Source: a virus
DNA length: 64,000 nucleotides
Virus record (IMG/VR): IMGVR_UViG_3300044634_002252
Location: 26,140 to 90,139 of that record
Direction: 5' to 3' (one strand)
The position numbers were made by a program, and so were the translations under genes. This document shows positions 8,496 through 19,501 of the stretch, one piece after another. The notes beneath the pieces were generated by a model that saw only the letters and a program-made list of their open reading frames with translations, did not search any database and was not told the DNA's origin. Numbering within the stretch: the first letter of the stretch is position 1; each line of letters opens with the position of its first letter.

Positions 8496-8544
8496 GCCCA
8501 TTTTTATCCTTATACCCTTAGGAGTGGTATGGGCCACACCATTA
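8496..8544 (-). ncRNA. Candidate structured RNA, copy B, between tRNA-Asn and tRNA-Gly
   Basis: UAA-UGGU-GUG-GCCCAU-ACCA-C-UCCU(N9)AGGA-UAAAA-AUGGGC. Confidence 0.65.
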
Positions 8545-8545
8545 G

Positions 8546-8617
8546 CTCCCCTCCGTGGATTCGAACCACGAACCGACGAGTTAACAGCTCGTTGCTCTGC
8601 CATTGAGCTAGAGAGGA
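8546..8617 (-). tRNA. tRNA-Asn(GUU)
   Basis: TCCTCTC/GAGGGGA, loop CTGTTAA, GTTCGAATC; no CCA. Confidence 0.95.
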
Positions 8618-8649
8618 TTGTGCCCGTTAAGGATGGGCTTCCATTTTAT

Positions 8650-9687
8650 TTAATTATTATACACTGAGTCGAGCTGGCTTGCAAGATCCCTAAGGGTCTT
8701 TGCTAGTTCAGATGCAGACGCTCTATCTAAAGTGTCGGTAGAAGCAGCATTGGCACGAACCTTTTGAATCAAAGATGCCAAACTGTCTAGCGATCCCAGC
8801 AAAAGCTGTCTTGAAGATACAGTGGATGTTGTTGCTGGTGTTTCAGCTACCACTCCTACAACCTTAGAAACTGTAGGTTCTGGAGCTTTTGCCTTAACTG
8901 TAGGAACTGAGGCTACTGCAGCAGTCACCGTTGCTACTGATGTTGTAAAGCCAACCATAAATGGATTAGGGCCTGTAGTGGTAATTGGAAAAGAGTCGTG
9001 CAACCCCTGAACGGCAGTCCTAATAGACTTTAAACTCTTACTAGTATATGCATTGCCAGATAGCACTAGGTCAGATCGCTGAGTGCTGCCTGCAAACTGA
9101 GTAGAACCAACTGCAACAGAGTCTGAAATACATGCTGGATAGTCAATGTTGTTTCCGCTTCCATAGTTTCCAGATGAGGCATAAAAATCAATCTTGGATG
9201 CCTTGAGTACGGCGATTGCATTAACAACATTGTTATGAGTTGTCAAAATATTTACACCTGGAGATGCTGGCGTACAGCTTGAGCCTTTTCCAGCATTGTA
9301 AGAAAATGACACTGCTTTAATATTATACTTAGCTGAATTAGCAATTACCCAATTAAGAGCATTGGATAACTGAATTCCAGTAATTACACCAGTCTTGTCT
9401 GTTCCTGCCTCAATTAAAACTAAGGGAATATTTGCGTTATTTGATCTAGCAACATCTGCCATGATTGTGCCATGATTAAATGCCTTAAACTGTGAAGTGT
9501 TTCTTGGAGTTGGAGCTGAGCTACACACCGAAGGTGCAGCCAAACAAATCTCTGTTACCTCTCCACTAATTAAAGTAGATTCAAAATTTACATCAATAAT
9601 TGCAACGGCCCCAGTTGTTTCTGCCTGAGCTGGAACAATTCCAACAAGTGCAAGGATTGTGACAAATGCAATAGCTAGTTTCTTCAT
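8650..9687 (-). CDS. Secreted subtilisin-like (S8) protease with C-terminal helical extension
   Basis: Signal peptide ending AQA; AIID (Asp), NHGTIM (His), SSGN (oxyanion), YPAC, TTSVAT (Ser). Confidence 0.75.
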   Translation of the reverse strand: MKKLAIAFVTILALVGIVPAQAETTGAVAIIDVNFESTLISGEVTEICLAAPSVCSSAPTPRNTSQFKAFNHGTIMADVARSNNANIPLVLIEAGTDKTGVITGIQLSNALNWVIANSAKYNIKAVSFSYNAGKGSSCTPASPGVNILTTHNNVVNAIAVLKASKIDFYASSGNYGSGNNIDYPACISDSVAVGSTQFAGSTQRSDLVLSGNAYTSKSLKSIRTAVQGLHDSFPITTTGPNPFMVGFTTSVATVTAAVASVPTVKAKAPEPTVSKVVGVVAETPATTSTVSSRQLLLGSLDSLASLIQKVRANAASTDTLDRASASELAKTLRDLASQLDSVYNN

Positions 9688-9700
9688 ATTATTTTTCTTT

Positions 9701-9919
9701 CTATTGACTGATTAATTTAATTACTGGGGCACACGGGTCTCCGCCGTCTTCCCATTCTTTTTCTTCTTCTTCTGTCATGTACGGATCTCCGTCATGAGTA
9801 TAGCAGAATGGCTCAGTTACCCAACCATTGCTAATGCCAATCATAAGCCATTCATCAAAGTCAGGCAAAGATGGCTCATTGTCTATAATGTTTTTCATAG
9901 AAAAACCCCTTTGAGTCAT
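9701..9919 (-). CDS. Hypothetical acidic protein (CYTHDG...GGDPC), leaderless
   Basis: ATG lies 6 nt after TATAAT of a consensus promoter. Confidence 0.7.
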   Translation of the reverse strand: MTQRGFSMKNIIDNEPSLPDFDEWLMIGISNGWVTEPFCYTHDGDPYMTEEEEKEWEDGGDPCAPVIKLISQ

Positions 9920-9948
9920 ATATATATTATATACAATCCAAAGGGGCT
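9901..9948 (-). terminator. Intrinsic terminator hairpin overlapping the promoter
   Basis: GCCCCTTTGG...TCAAAGGGGT followed by a T run, just after the stop at 9959. Confidence 0.6.
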
Positions 9949-9954
9949 TGTCAA
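9926..9954 (-). promoter_or_regulatory. Consensus sigma70 promoter for the protease/tRNA/modification transcript
   Basis: TTGACA-17 nt-TATAAT, perfect consensus. Confidence 0.85.
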
Positions 9955-9958
9955 CTAA

Positions 9959-10225
9959 TTACTTAGCGTTTTTATCTACCTTGGAAAAGGCCTGGTTGAT
10001 CTCTTCTAGGGTTAACTTTCCATCATCCAAGAATGCTCTAGCTAGTCTTTCAACTACTGATGCTACTCCAAGAATACCTGCCATAAGTACGGCAGAAATC
10101 ATGTCAACGCCTACAACTGCTCCTGCACCCAGAACGGTAAGTCCTGATGCTGCGAATACAGCTAAGATTCTCCAGAATACATTCTTGATGGTTGCCCATC
10201 CTCCTGCTACTCCTTGTTCTTCCAT
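9959..10225 (-). CDS. Small 2-TM membrane protein (holin-like)
   Basis: Two hydrophobic segments, charged C-terminus DDGKLTLEEIN; GGAGG SD. Confidence 0.6.
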   Translation of the reverse strand: MEEQGVAGGWATIKNVFWRILAVFAASGLTVLGAGAVVGVDMISAVLMAGILGVASVVERLARAFLDDGKLTLEEINQAFSKVDKNAK

Positions 10226-10239
10226 GTTATCCTCCTATT

Positions 10240-10425
10240 TTATTTATCTTCTTTTTCATAACGAAAAATCGGAAATGTTACTATCCATACTAATAGTGTT
10301 ATTAGTATTAGGTTTCCTGTAAGTTCCTTGGCGGAACCCTCAAGAACAAGCCAAGCGATAACCATTCCAAGCAATGTCCATGCTTGCTCTAGAATATCCT
10401 TAGCTAATGCTGTTAAGAATTTCAT
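10240..10425 (-). CDS. Small 2-TM membrane protein
   Basis: WTLLGMVIAWLVL and LILITLLVWIVTFP helices; start either 10425 (ATG) or 10437 (GTG). Confidence 0.65.
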   Translation of the reverse strand: MKFLTALAKDILEQAWTLLGMVIAWLVLEGSAKELTGNLILITLLVWIVTFPIFRYEKEDK

Positions 10426-10426
10426 C

Positions 10427-12406
10427 TTAAGATCCACTCCTTATGTTTACTGTTGTTGCAATACCGCTTATTGAAACTGCGGATAGGGCTGCTTGCACTC
10501 CAACGATTGCTGCGACCACTACCTTTTCTGATTGCTCTCTAATCTGGGGACTCATATCTGCCCCAGCATTTCCCAAAAAGTTAACAAGTTCTGTAGCTCC
10601 CCCAAGAACGTCTCCAAGGAGCGGGATAGCTGCTAGCGACTCATCTAGAACTATGTCATCCTGTTGAGCGGCCACAAACAGGGCCTCCAAGGCCTGCTGG
10701 TACTCCTCTGAGCCCTGCTCAGCAGTTTCAAAGGTTTCTATGGCTGCGGCCACTAAAGCCTCTGCCTGAGCCTCTGAAAGCTCTGTAGGGTCTATTTGAG
10801 CTAGGTCTACCTGCATCAATTCTTCAGCAGAAAGCTCCTCTGGTAATTCTTCCGCAGATGTGATAGACTCTTCTTCTGGTTCTATAATAGGAGGTTCAAT
10901 TGGTTCAGGTTCAATTGGAGAGGGTTCTACAGGTTCTGTGGTTGGCTCTTCTGGTTGCTCTAATTCCTCTGGCTCTGGTGTGGGCAGTACTTCTGGCTCT
11001 GGCTCCAGTGACGGTTCTGGTTCTGGGATTACTGGTATGGAGGGCTGTGGCTCTGGTACAACGGGCACGACTGGGGATGGCTCGGGAAGAGTCTCAATTG
11101 GAATATCTTCATAAGTAATAAGAAGAATCAATACCTTTACAGTCCCCCCTGCTGGATCATTCTGAAAAGTGTCGTTTGATACTTCTACTGTTGCTGAGGT
11201 TTCTCCAGCCAGTAGTTCAAACAAAATAGAAGAGACGTCTTGTCCACGAGTGGAGTTATTGGGGTCTCCGTAATAACCAACTGCGCTCGCAATCCTTTGA
11301 CCTTCTGGCGCAACTATCTCGACGAATGATCCTTCATTTGTAACTGTTGCACCATTTGGAACTGTAGGTGCAGGAGGTGGAGGAGACGCCACTACTGTCG
11401 AAGCAGTTGCGGAGAATGAAGAGTAGACGGCAGCTGTGTCGTTGTCAGAACGAATTCTGAATTGGTAAGTCTGATCTAATCCACCTGTAGTTGCAAATGA
11501 ATCTCTAGGTATGGTGATGCTGTTTGTGGTTGAAGCAATTCCCCATCCTGTATCAAAGTTGTTTGTAGACCAACTAATTGCATAACGCTCTACGGCAGTG
11601 TTGCTTTGCACTGGAACATCCCAAGTAAGTTGAACTGAGCCATCTGAAAGCTGCGTAGCTGTAACGTTTGTTGGTGCGTTAAGTACTAGAGGTTCTGGGG
11701 TTGGGGTAGGTTCTGGTGTTGGTTCTGGGGTGGGGGGAGTGAACGGTGCCTCTTCTGTTGGCTCTGGAGCTAGCTCTGGAGTCTCTTCTGTTTCTTGGAT
11801 TCCGTAAGTCTCGAAGTCAACAACTGAGCCATCGTTTAGACGAACTCCAGTTCGTGGGTTGTTCTGTGGGTACTCTGGGCCACTGAGGGTATAAGCCATA
11901 GCAACTGTTCCATCTGAGAGGATAGCTGCAGTAATTACGATATGAGTTGGTTCTGCTGTGCCTTGTAGCCAAATAGGTCTAGCTGAAATATCTACCTGGA
12001 ATCCACCATCTGATGAACGAATGATTAAATGTTCGTCAGATCTCCACTGTGGGTAGACAACCCAGTCGAAAGAGTATAGTGAGATAGACGGTGTGGTTGG
12101 GTATGTCCAGTAAGTTCCATCTGGCTGACCAAAGGTAATTACTGAGTTAGTGGTGGCATAAATATTGCTGTAAGTTACTCCGTCAAAAGTTACGGTAGTT
12201 GTCAATGGGATCTGGTAAGAGACGTCATCTCCACCGCAGGTGGCTATTTCAGTGACTACTGGCTCAGTTGAGCCGTTTTGCTGAGCGGCTGCTACGGCAG
12301 CAACCTGTCCAGGATTGACACAGTTAGCGTGTGCAAAGCTAGAGCCCATAAAGGATGGGAAAAAAGCTAAAGACAATGCTATAAAGATTTTAAGTGGGGT
12401 TTTTAT
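10427..12406 (-). CDS. Secreted, membrane-anchored multidomain surface protein (NIDO-like, FN3, lectin-like, Pro/Glu linkers)
   Basis: Signal peptide ending AHA; FDGVTYSNIYATTNSVITFG; APTNV...VQLTWD...YQFRI (FN3); YYGDP...NDTFQNDPAGGTVKVL; PE/PT repeats; hydrophobic C-terminus. Proposed ATA start at 12406 (track uses TTG 12376). Confidence 0.7.
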   Translation of the reverse strand: MKTPLKIFIALSLAFFPSFMGSSFAHANCVNPGQVAAVAAAQQNGSTEPVVTEIATCGGDDVSYQIPLTTTVTFDGVTYSNIYATTNSVITFGQPDGTYWTYPTTPSISLYSFDWVVYPQWRSDEHLIIRSSDGGFQVDISARPIWLQGTAEPTHIVITAAILSDGTVAMAYTLSGPEYPQNNPRTGVRLNDGSVVDFETYGIQETEETPELAPEPTEEAPFTPPTPEPTPEPTPTPEPLVLNAPTNVTATQLSDGSVQLTWDVPVQSNTAVERYAISWSTNNFDTGWGIASTTNSITIPRDSFATTGGLDQTYQFRIRSDNDTAAVYSSFSATASTVVASPPPPAPTVPNGATVTNEGSFVEIVAPEGQRIASAVGYYGDPNNSTRGQDVSSILFELLAGETSATVEVSNDTFQNDPAGGTVKVLILLITYEDIPIETLPEPSPVVPVVPEPQPSIPVIPEPEPSLEPEPEVLPTPEPEELEQPEEPTTEPVEPSPIEPEPIEPPIIEPEEESITSAEELPEELSAEELMQVDLAQIDPTELSEAQAEALVAAAIETFETAEQGSEEYQQALEALFVAAQQDDIVLDESLAAIPLLGDVLGGATELVNFLGNAGADMSPQIREQSEKVVVAAIVGVQAALSAVSISGIATTVNIRSGS

Positions 12407-12444
12407 TTGTTTCTCCTTGTTAGTGGGGTAAGACTAACAAGATA

Positions 12445-12453
12445 AGTATACCA
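12445..12453 (-). promoter_or_regulatory. Extended -10 promoter
   Basis: TGgTATACT between nrdF and the surface-protein gene. Confidence 0.6.
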
Positions 12454-12468
12454 TTTTATTTAGATATA

Positions 12469-15522
<3,054 letters not shown>

Positions 15523-15536
<14 letters not shown>

Positions 15537-15942
15537 ATAGAATCCTCATCCTTTGTTTTACTTTGTCTACGTCTTCGGGTGTGCCGAATATTTCTATCCT
15601 GGCAACAATTGGTACTCCAGTTTTTTTAGAGATTAGTTCTGCAGCTTTGCAAAAATGTTCTCCAAAGTTTGTATTCCCAAATCCGACTACTCCTCTAAGG
15701 AGGTCTCTATTTTGGGGTACATTTAAAAATTGTCTGACTTGTCTGGGAATCGCACTACGTTCGGATCCTCCACCGTAAGTCGGTACAAAGAGTATATAAG
15801 GAGCACTGGAAATAAAAGGAGCATTCCCAATCCCAGAACTAATAGGAATCCTAGCAATATTAAAGCTTCCATCATCTACCTTATTTACAAATCTTTTTGT
15901 ATTCTCAGAGTAGTTTGAGAAATACACAATGTTTATGGACAT
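15523..15942 (-). CDS. nrdI: Flavodoxin-like NrdI
   Basis: [31 protein letters not shown]. Confidence 0.97.
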
Positions 15943-15973
15943 TAATTATACCTCTCTTTTTTTACTTGGGGAT

Positions 15974-16004
15974 AAACAAAGGGAAGGGCAAAATAGCCCT
16001 TCCC
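15974..16004 (-). terminator. Intrinsic terminator after the surface-protein gene
   Basis: GGGAAGGGC-TATTTT-GCCCTTCCC-TTTGTTT. Confidence 0.75.
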
Positions 16005-16023
16005 CAAGTCTATCTTGTTTCAA

Positions 16024-16908
16024 TTACTTAATTAGCTTAACTCGCTTGTTCTTTTTTACCAGCTTGTTGTACTTGGTAGCTAGCTTGTTAAAGTCGCTCT
16101 TTAGCTTTGCATTCTCTGCATTCAAAAGAGCTACCTGAGTAACTAGATCTGCAGTTGCAATAGAGAAAGAAGTTTCTGTTACTGCCTTTGGCAAACCAGT
16201 CACATCTGTAGCAGAAATGTTTGCAATACCAGCAACTGTACCAGCAGTAGCAGGAGTGGTAATTACACCCTTGTATAGCTTGGCGGTTGAGCTCCAGGTT
16301 AGTGCTGTCTTAACAGTTCCACGAAGAAGTGTTGTTGTAATTGTTGCATTTTCAACTGCGTTACCAAAAACGTCAGTAGCGGTTGCTGTAAAGTCCACAT
16401 CGGAGCCGAGGCCAGCAACAGTTGGAACTGAAACTGACAGGTTGTATGCAGAGCCAGCAAGACCCTTTAGGTAATAGGTGGAAGATGATCCACCAGCTGT
16501 AACAACTACTGAGCCAGTAGTAGTCTTAGTTGTAAACGCATAGAATGTAGCGGTAGTTCCTGAACCAGTGTTAATCTCAACACTAGAAGTTCCTGCCGAA
16601 GCTGAAACCTCAGCACCCACTGCATCCAAAGCTGTTACTAGCTTTGCATCGGTTGCTGTTGCACGAACAACTGTACCAGTTGGCACTGTAACAACAAACT
16701 TAACAGTGTCAGCAAGGTCGACCTTGTTGTCTGATGGAACTGTTGGTGTTGCTGGAGTTGTTGATACCTTAGATGTAGTTGCTACGTCTGTTGCACCTAC
16801 GGTTACTGCTGCATTTACTGTTGCGTTAGCTGGAACTGCCAGAATAGCAGTTGCAACTAGAGCTACTGCTGAAGCAATAGCAATTAGTGGCTTCTTTAAT
16901 GAAGTCAT
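16024..16908 (-). CDS. Secreted Thr/Ala/Val-rich protein with bacterial Ig-like (Big-1) domain and basic coiled-coil tail
   Basis: Signal peptide ending ANA; TATATDVFGNAV motif; AAGGAG SD. Confidence 0.7.
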   Translation of the reverse strand: MTSLKKPLIAIASAVALVATAILAVPANATVNAAVTVGATDVATTSKVSTTPATPTVPSDNKVDLADTVKFVVTVPTGTVVRATATDAKLVTALDAVGAEVSASAGTSSVEINTGSGTTATFYAFTTKTTTGSVVVTAGGSSSTYYLKGLAGSAYNLSVSVPTVAGLGSDVDFTATATDVFGNAVENATITTTLLRGTVKTALTWSSTAKLYKGVITTPATAGTVAGIANISATDVTGLPKAVTETSFSIATADLVTQVALLNAENAKLKSDFNKLATKYNKLVKKNKRVKLIK

Positions 16909-16922
16909 GTTTGTTCTCCTTA

Positions 16923-18698
16923 TTATAATAAATTGAATCTATCCAAATACTCTTTAACATCGTTTGGCATAGGCTTATATTTTATCACATCTGGCCTGTC
17001 TTTGTCAAGATCTGATTTTGACCTATCACTAAAAGTATGAATCTCTACTTCAAGGTTTTGGTCTTTTGGAGTATGGGACAGGGCACCAAAGATAGCCCCA
17101 CAAACGGCGTCTGCAAGGTCTTTAGAAGACTTTCTTGGGTGGTCAACTCTATTATTTTTCATAATCTTTAACTCGGTAAGCTCTTCAAACAAAAGCTCAA
17201 TAGCTGGCATTGCAAGTCTTTCTTCATACATTAGCATTGCCATGTCTTCGTAATGCTTTTTAGCTACCGAAACAGTCTCTGTTCTCATACCCACAGACTT
17301 AAGTTCATTCTGGATATCAAAGGACTGCCAGCGGTCAAATGATACCATTCCGATATCAAACCCTTGTCTACGCAAATTCTGGATCCACTGTTTAACCTCA
17401 GACAAGTTCACTGGGCCCTCTACCTTTGGCTCCCAGTAAACAACAGCATCAACAATTACCATGGGAACCACCTGCTCGTAATCTTTCATAACCTGAACAG
17501 ATACCCACTTTTCTACGTGAGCAATCGCTACCGCACACTTGTCATGCTTTTGTGCAAGGTCAGCATGAACAAAATATTTTTTATTTGGATCTGGCTTAAA
17601 GGTTTCGTCAAATCTTTTTGCAGAATCAATGGGGTTTCTTATTGTCATGCAGGCACGAACTTTTTCCTGCTGTTTAAAGAATGCATCTGAAGCGAAGGTT
17701 GGAACACAGGCAAAGCGTTGCATGGCATCGCCTATGTCTGTATAAAATGCAAGCTTAAAATCATCAATTTTTCTAGTAGGATTGACTTCCCATGTTGGCT
17801 TTTTTAGTGCAAACATTCCTGGATACTTGTAAGAAATTATGTTGTCTTCGTCCCAAGAAATTTCCATAGAGTTTCCTGGAGAATCTTCTGGAAGATCTTC
17901 GTTCATGATGAACTTGTGGGTCTTAGAAACTACTTCCTTCTCCATAATAACATCATCATATCTTTTAGAGATAAAGTCTCCTGGATATCTTGGAAATGAT
18001 AGCAGTGCTACTTTTCCAAGGTCTGGGAATCGTGAATCTACAGATGCACGGAAAGCTTTATATATGTTGTCGGCTGTCTTCCCCTGGTCATTACCAGTAC
18101 CAATCTCTTGAGCAAATCCTGAAATCTCGTCGAGTACTGCTAGGATAAGGTTGAGCCCTTCGTGAGACTCTCGCTCCGAATGTCCAGAGTAAACTGTAAT
18201 GGCTTTGTCAAACTCAACGCTGTCTGCCTTTGCATAAAACTTTCCAGCAAACCATGGCGACTTTTCTATCTTGCTTTTAAATCCTTTAAAGAAAACATTC
18301 TTAGCCTGTTGAGCGTTAATAGCAACGTTAATAATATCTATAGCATCTCCACTTGGCTTTCCAAAATACCTGGACGGATCTTTTAGACATAGAAGTTTAT
18401 AAACAATATATGCACAGGCAACCGTAGATGTAAAGTCCTTTCCAGACCCTTTACCAAGCTGCAAGATTACTTCGTTCTTTGTATACTTCTTATAATAGCG
18501 GCGGCCCTCTTCTTCTCCCATAAGGTCGATTAGATCTTCTACCCTATAGATTTGACTCATGGCTTCAACGATATCGTACTGAACTTGAGAAAGTGGAGGC
18601 TGCTGAAGAAAGTCATCCCCTTCAACAAATGTCTTGGCGTCTACTGGCTTCTCTTCAAAGTTATCTGCTTTAAGAACTTCTAAGAACTCATCAAACAT
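16923..18698 (-). CDS. terL: Terminase large subunit
   Basis: GKGSGKD Walker A, AVLDE Walker B, LLSFP coupling motif, HADLA and DHP...KDLADAV nuclease motifs. Confidence 0.92.
   Translation of the reverse strand: MFDEFLEVLKADNFEEKPVDAKTFVEGDDFLQQPPLSQVQYDIVEAMSQIYRVEDLIDLMGEEEGRRYYKKYTKNEVILQLGKGSGKDFTSTVACAYIVYKLLCLKDPSRYFGKPSGDAIDIINVAINAQQAKNVFFKGFKSKIEKSPWFAGKFYAKADSVEFDKAITVYSGHSERESHEGLNLILAVLDEISGFAQEIGTGNDQGKTADNIYKAFRASVDSRFPDLGKVALLSFPRYPGDFISKRYDDVIMEKEVVSKTHKFIMNEDLPEDSPGNSMEISWDEDNIISYKYPGMFALKKPTWEVNPTRKIDDFKLAFYTDIGDAMQRFACVPTFASDAFFKQQEKVRACMTIRNPIDSAKRFDETFKPDPNKKYFVHADLAQKHDKCAVAIAHVEKWVSVQVMKDYEQVVPMVIVDAVVYWEPKVEGPVNLSEVKQWIQNLRRQGFDIGMVSFDRWQSFDIQNELKSVGMRTETVSVAKKHYEDMAMLMYEERLAMPAIELLFEELTELKIMKNNRVDHPRKSSKDLADAVCGAIFGALSHTPKDQNLEVEIHTFSDRSKSDLDKDRPDVIKYKPMPNDVKEYLDRFNLL
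16979..17008 (-). promoter_or_regulatory. Sigma70 promoter inside the terL 3' end
   Basis: TTGACA-18 nt-(TGa)TAAAAT. Confidence 0.7.
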
Positions 18699-19227
18699 CT
18701 GTATGAACCACCGTTATAATTTCTTGTTTTCTAGATACATCTGAAAGCCTTCTCATAATCTTGTCTCTAATTTCTGGATGCTCAGACGCAATGTCCTTAA
18801 GTATCCCGACTAAAATCTCTTGCTTGTTTTCAATCTCTAGCATTTCTTCTGCTAGTTCTTTATTTTCTAGAAGACCAGCCTTTTGTAGCATTTCAATTCT
18901 AGTTTTTTCAATATCCATAACTAATTTAATTGAAGCATTCTTTGCACCAAGATTTGCAGTAGTAGTAGCATCATCCATAACCTCATAGGCTTTTTGAATT
19001 AACTTGTTATAGTGAGCGTCTGCACCTGCCAGAGCTTCCCTGGCACGTCCTCGAATAGCCGCATTGTCTGCAGCCATAACTCTCCACTCATTTATATATG
19101 CAACAACCTTTTGTCTTGGCATATCTAATTCTTTAGAGATTTGGGTTGGCTCATTTCCAGCCAAGTATTTCTCGACTACCTTGTTTACTTCATCAAGGTG
19201 CTCTACGGTTAGGTCTTCAAATGACAC
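18691..19227 (-). CDS. HTH/helical protein, probable terminase small subunit
   Basis: N-terminal HTH (PTQISKELDMPRQKV), directly upstream of and overlapping terL; GTG start at 19227. Confidence 0.55.
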   Translation of the reverse strand: MSFEDLTVEHLDEVNKVVEKYLAGNEPTQISKELDMPRQKVVAYINEWRVMAADNAAIRGRAREALAGADAHYNKLIQKAYEVMDDATTTANLGAKNASIKLVMDIEKTRIEMLQKAGLLENKELAEEMLEIENKQEILVGILKDIASEHPEIRDKIMRRLSDVSRKQEIITVVHTDV

Positions 19228-19501
19228 GTTTGGCTCTCTTTCCTCTTTGTGGTATACGCTTAATACTATCAGACTTGAAGCTCCTGTATGCCCCAACTTG
19301 TCCACGCTGGACCTCAAAGCAGTCTATCCACTGAGCACCAGTATCAAGATTAGTTGTAAGGCTTTGGAACTTAAACTTGGACCCATGCTCGCCTTTAACC
19401 TTGACTAGGTCTCCTTTAGTAATTAAAAATCCATCAAGCATGATCTCTGGATTTTTCTCAAACCTTGTGGGCTGCTCTGTTGTGGGGTTACGCCTTCTCA
19501 T
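19217..19501 (-). CDS. Hypothetical small beta (SH3-like) protein
   Basis: KGDLVKVKGEHG.KFKF...WIDCF; overlaps both neighbours. Confidence 0.65.
   Translation of the reverse strand: MRRRNPTTEQPTRFEKNPEIMLDGFLITKGDLVKVKGEHGSKFKFQSLTTNLDTGAQWIDCFEVQRGQVGAYRSFKSDSIKRIPQRGKRAKRVI

Noticed and set aside
8371-8544. Calling the spacer elements twister, pistol or HDV/theta ribozymes
   Set aside because: GGAUAAAAGUGGA recalls a twister segment, but twister P2/P4 and T1/T2, pistol core residues and HDV P3/L3/catalytic C cannot be built. Left unclassified.
16923-18698. Terminase about 40 kb from the portal gene
   Set aside because: Separation of terL from head genes is known in large actinophage genomes; not unusual in itself.
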